A stretch of 60,000 nt of DNA, from the NCBI GenBank assembly GCA_965235115.1, contig OZ249436.1, positions 15,998,001-16,058,000 of the forward strand. The letters are read 5' to 3'. Numbering within the stretch: the stretch's first letter is position 1; each line of letters begins with the position of its first letter. Below are positions 55,101 to 60,000 of this stretch, one piece after another. The notes beneath the pieces are model-generated. The model searched no databases, was not told where the DNA came from, and saw only the letters and a list, made by a program, of their open reading frames with translations. The stretch comes from Laetmonice hystrix (taxonomy: Eukaryota). Both the position numbers and the translations under genes were made by a program.

Positions 55101-58100
55101 TAATTAGAGCGCCCCCCCCCCCCACAACAACAAAAAATTTGAGCTGCATGGCACATTGATGCTAACTGTGTATTCATTTTGCAGAACCTGGTGCAAATTG
55201 ATTCACTGTCCAAGGGTCGATAATGAGCATATTTGAGTGGAGCTTCCATGCCAGGTGAAGGAATACTACCCGCGCATTGACCTGCATATGGCGAACTTAG
55301 TGGATCATTTCAACACGTTAATGAGATGTCATGGTTGAGGGGTTGGAGTAGTGAGGCGGGACGACAGTGAACCCCTACTGCCCGCTGGCCAGGACTCTCG
55401 TGACAACGGCTGGTCGCACACAAAGGGTTAAAATGCCCCAGGTGCACAGCGGGAGGGGGGAGGGGGGGGGGGGGGGTAGGCGCATCAACATCGATGTTCC
55501 TGAACACCGTCAGTTCGAAACCAGAGTGAATACTGCAAGAGCTGAAGCACCAACTGTGTAACCTTTGAACGAATGAACAATGTTTGGCAGGTTGAGTGAG
55601 TCGGGGAACAAAGATCAGATATTTGAAGCTCGTGCCTCGGCAAGCCGTACAGGATTAGCTCCTACACGTACATGTATCCCCTTTTAGTTTCGACTTTGAT
55701 GTCATTGTAGGTCGTATAATCCCAGGGCCATATCATCTTTAATGGTGTTTCCCTGTCTCTGGGGATCCGACACCGTGATGTATCAACAGAATGAGATTGA
55801 GGACGGCGATGGCATACAGTGATTTCTGACACCACTTTCTCAGCTTAACCCCGTCTTCTTAGTGCGTCCCATGTAGGCCTACTTGTATGGCAAGGGTAAA
55901 TTTGGCCCTTAACAAAGTAATCAAATACCATTTATCAACATCTGGGATGGTGGATTGTGGATTGTGCAGTCACTCAGCAGTTTTCTCCCCAGTCATATAT
56001 GTTTTAAGAAAACCAAACTGTTGGGTATCGTGAAAGGATCACTATGAACCGGTCATACCTCAGCGGTGAGGAGTCAAGTAGAGCAGATTCTAGTTGTTCT
56101 CAGAGAAAGTTTCTTACATAAGAAAATGGTTTTATGTGGGCCGATTCTCAATTAACATCGCTATAATGAGATATGATTGAAGTCTCAAAAGGCCACTGCA
56201 GTCGATGACCAATTTGTTGTGTCGTAATACAAATACCCCATTTGCGTAAGCTACAATATACTTTTTTCAAATTTGGTTTGGAGGTAAAGTTGGTACAGTT
56301 ATTGAAGTTCCGTTAAGGCTTGTTGGTCATGAATGGAGCTGTGCCGGAGAGGTAGGCTATCAGTCTGCTATTACCACGCCCGCACCAATCATTCAAATGT
56401 CACACCACAAAAGAAAACGATCCATACTACAGTCCAAGCTCACCACAACCTGTCTTTTTAAGGTTGATCAGCTTCACGGCCACGGTTGAGTGGACGGGGA
56501 GGCGCAGTAGCTCGCAGTGAGCCATACGGTGGCCCCCAATCTGACAGTCAGGTGTTAGATGAGAGCTCGCTTACAACAGTCGGGAGTACTAAAACATGGC
56601 GCCTGGCCATTTGGTTATCAACCACATGACGTTGACGAGCCCCCCACCCCAGTGTATTCAACCCACTACGTATAGGCCTACGTCTCATGTGATTGTATGC
56701 GGATAAACACATGCATGTAATATCATTAAATGGCAAGAATTGTAACTCGTAGACCGACCGATTTTCTTCACTATCGATCAATATCATACATTAATGTCCA
56801 GGCAAACCTCAAGATTGTTAATTCAGTATCCTCTCAAAGTGCCACCCTTTCAATAATTGTCAGACATGTTCTAATTCTTCATTTAGTAGTCCTCATTTCT
56901 AAAAAAAAAAGCTGGCTGGCGTTCTCAATTATTTGTGTATGCAGATATGGTCAGTAACTGCGGTGTCGTGCACAGTTGTATAGGTACAAGATCTGTATTG
57001 TTTGGTTCACCGAAACAATGCACCGTCAGTGTTGTTGTTCCTATAACATGGTATAAGATGGTAGTGATGGCAGGAGGTTGCTGTGTAATTTGGGCCAGGT
57101 GTAGGCCTCGTAGGTATTGATCTTGGTGCTATCGATCCCAGTGTCTCATTGATCAGTCCCAGGGAACACGTGCATGCAGTGCATGGTCGACACAGTTGGC
57201 GAGTTACTGGAGTTCCAGGTCAGACACCGTCTGAGGCCACAGACAGCAATTGAAAAAACTTACACATTAGTAGTGTAACACCTTGATGATGTTCGCCGAT
57301 AGGCAAGCCGTTCACCATCTGTCGTTTACAAGGAGATTCTGTACTATAGTAATTTGTTCTTTGAAAGTAGGCCTATACTGTAGGTAGTTAACGCGAGATG
57401 CTGCAATAACGACTTGGTATAATGGATGCTCTTTAACTGGTAATGTTTCCATGTTTAGAACAGTAGGGCGAGAGGTGTTAAGGCAATGCATAGAATTTCA
57501 ACAGAGTCAGAGGTACACAGTATATGCCTATAGGTGGTCCCATGGACCAGGAACTTAGAAACTCCTCTCTCCGTGGTTCACTTTACTTTTGTTCCACTTT
57601 TTGTTCACCTTCTGTTCAACTTCTGACATTTAACTTTTTGTTCATTCCAGAGGGAATCCAGATAAGTGTGATTACCTTGGTAACACGGCTCTGCATTGTT
57701 CGGCTGCCAGTGGGCACACCAACTGCCTGACCTTCCTCGTGTCGTTTGGTGCTAACCTCTGGGCGTTAGACAATGACTTCCACACACCACTGGATGTAGC
57801 TGTGCTCAACAATCATACAGATATTGTTAAGTATCTCGATGAGGTTATTGCCCAACAGTCAATGCTCAACAAAAAAGTAGTTCGGAAGTTGAAGGAAAAA
57901 TCGGTGCTGGAGGCCCAGAAAAGAGTAAAAAAGTATGAGAAGATGCAAGAAAAGGCGCAAAAACGGGCAGAAAAGGAGGAAAGGCTTTTGGCCAAAGAAA
58001 GGGAAAGGATGCACGTTGGTGTGTCGATTGAGGAGAGCCCTGGTTCCAGTCATAGCAACACAAGTACTTCAAGTAATGGATCAGTGGGGAACACGAACAA

Positions 58101-59007
58101 CAACAAGGTCAACAGTCAACGCTCGTCCAGCTCCGTCCTGCCCAGGACAGGAAGTATCAATTCGGGCTCCCAGCCCAAACCGTACTCGGCATATTTCAAT
58201 TCTTCCAGGAAGCCAGGGATGCTTACAGGCGTTGCAAAGAGGATTAAACAACAGAAGAAGGGCGGAAGTGACCTTTCGTCCAGTGACTTTAAAATTGGAG
58301 AGGTTGAGTATGATGGCAGACGCACCATTCGATCGCTGTCAGGCTTCCAGAGGGACCACCACGTGATGTATGTGAGGAACGGCAAGGACAAGGAGTCGTC
58401 TGGGACCGAGGAGGACTCAATCTCCAGGGCGGTCAGTGAGCCCGACTTCAACTACAATGGCAACTCGAGCCCGACCAACTCGGACTCGGTGCCCCCACGG
58501 GAGGTGGCCAGTATGTTCGAGAGGCCTGGCTTTGGTAGCGTGGCCTTCATCAACAGGAAGATAACCTCCGGAGCTCTGATGTCCTTACCCATCTCGGATA
58601 TTGATAGTGAAAGTGTTATAACAAATGGTGTCGCTGGTGACACTGAGAATGGACCAAAGAACATCCGAGTACGACGGCGGGGCAGCCTGACGGATAGCAT
58701 AGGCACTGTGGGCAGCCTGGCAGTGCGCATGAAAAACATGCCTTGGGGGGAGGAGGAGCTAGGATTGGATGACGATGAGACGGAATCATCACCACTTGAA
58801 TTATTCCTGGCAGCAAATAATCTCACGGAATATTTCCCACTTTTTTCCAAGGAAAAGATTGACCTCCCTGCGTTAATGTTGTTAACAGACTCTGACATGA
58901 AGGAGCTGGGACTTCCAATGGGACCACGACGAAAACTTACAGACGCTGTGTCACGCCGGAGGAACGCCTTAAAAAGTCCGGGAATCGTCATGGACACCCT
59001 TTTGTGA
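46200..59007 (+). CDS. USH1G: USH1G/SANS (ANKS4B-family) ankyrin-SAM scaffold protein, 2 coding exons
   Basis: Exon 1 46200-46366: [52 protein letters not shown]|gtaagt. Exon 2 57651-59007: [35 protein letters not shown], coiled coil, [27 protein letters not shown] domain ([20 protein letters not shown]) and C-terminal PDZ-binding motif DTLL. The phase-2 intron is consistent. Confidence 0.95.
47471..47743. mobile_element. MITE with long imperfect TIRs (possibly EnSpm/CACTA-type)
   Basis: aagaaacctatttcggtccgacttctgcc..gtgggcac..cggccccat mirrored by atggggccg..gtgcccac..ggcggaagtcggaccgaaatgggatttctt; TT on both flanks. Confidence 0.7.
50670..50997. mobile_element. hAT-like non-autonomous element
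   Basis: TIR cagggtttccgcca / tggcgggaaaccctg; TSD not clear. Confidence 0.6.
51992..52139. repeat. 74-bp tandem duplication x2
   Basis: cacttatagcacaggat.tcatttttataatgtaccaatattttagtaattcgcaaatacgctgtagacgtatc at 51992 and 52066; one mismatch. Confidence 0.95.
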
Positions 59008-60000
59008 CGTCACCCTCAGTCCTGGCGGGTAACCCCTCAATGTCAGATGTGCCATTGTTCGACATAGGTCATGTAACTGATACCTCAGTTGCACTTTACC
59101 TAATAGTAGTCGCAATATAGAATAGGTTACACGTTTACGTGAGGAATATTTCCCTATGCTTGCCACAGTTCTCTTTTATGGTGTGATGCGATTGATATTC
59201 GTCCAAATTAACTTGAATTAGAATGAGGACTAAGACAGACGAATTGTCGATGAAGGTATCTGAATGGATAAGTGCGGGTGTTTATTATTTTGTCCAGCTT
59301 GACCAAATTTAATGTTATGCTCCCCAAAAACCTGGAAGGAATGGTGTGTGTTCAAACTGACGACGTTCCTAGTAGTTGGTAACTGTGATGTATTGCATAC
59401 CGTATGTAATGTAGGTCAGACATGTGAATATGTGACATAGAAAACCCCACGTTCTCTCGAATGCATTTAAAATTATCACTTTATGAATGTAATCAGAAAT
59501 AGATTTGCACATACCCGCATGAATAAGTGACTACGTCTATTTTATTTGATCTACGTTACATGTTATGTATTAGAAAAGTATCATTAAATTTTTATCACCA
59601 AGACGGCGAGGTGAAACTTGTTAACTCTGACTCATTTTACAGTAACTGTTGTAGAGAAGAAAAGTATACGTGTGCACCTTACCCTAGAAAAGAGTATGTA
59701 CGTTTTATATTTACTCTCTCTGCTGTTGTCTTCACGGCAGGACCTGACTAAATCATAGTAAGTGTACAGGTGTGCTATATCATATAGTATCGAGCTAATA
59801 TCCGCAGAATAAACCGATGAGAAAACTGCCATTACAACTTCTTTATGACCATTTCATCTGTTTCCTCTGACCTTGTTTGAGCGGACATCTGGCGCCAATA
59901 TAGACGGGACGGGGTGGACTCAGAAAAGGTAGTTTGAAGTGGGGAGGGGTCTCTCAGGAGAAAAATGGGGGGGGGGGGGTGGCAACCACGAACCAGAGAC

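Noticed and set aside
57813..58997. Antisense and alternate ORFs over USH1G exon 2
   Set aside because: Shadows of the real coding exon.

Overview
Eukaryotic DNA from an invertebrate animal; the species cannot be determined from sequence alone. Five protein-coding genes can be reconstructed by hand. (1) An intronless beta-tubulin (8280-9620, +). (2) A complete mismatch-repair endonuclease PMS2 (14307-26991, -, about 24 exons). (3) An uncharacterised SDS22-like leucine-rich-repeat protein (27109-33488, +), head-to-head with PMS2 with only 117 bp between the start codons. (4) A TEX14-like ankyrin plus pseudokinase gene (34732-43645, -). (5) A USH1G/ANKS4B (SANS) ankyrin-SAM scaffold (46200-59007, +) with an ~11.3 kb intron. 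A probable spliced transcript of unclear coding status starts near 4.9 kb and runs left, with a weak box C/D snoRNA candidate in an intron. Introns and intergenic DNA hold many small non-autonomous DNA transposons: hAT-like with 5- or 6-bp TSDs, Harbinger-like, piggyBac-like and Tc1/pogo-like. PMS2 intron 1 contains a 3.1-kb Academ-like element carrying a decayed L1/Tx1 reverse-transcriptase fragment and two further MITEs. I see no convincing wholly new biological system. The most unusual items are a 57-bp tandem array that quadruplicates a PMS2 splice donor inside the PCNA-binding motif, the compact PMS2/LRR bidirectional promoter, the invertebrate TEX14 pseudokinase, and the nested Academ/LINE/MITE element. 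Exon boundaries were read by eye and may be off by a few bases.
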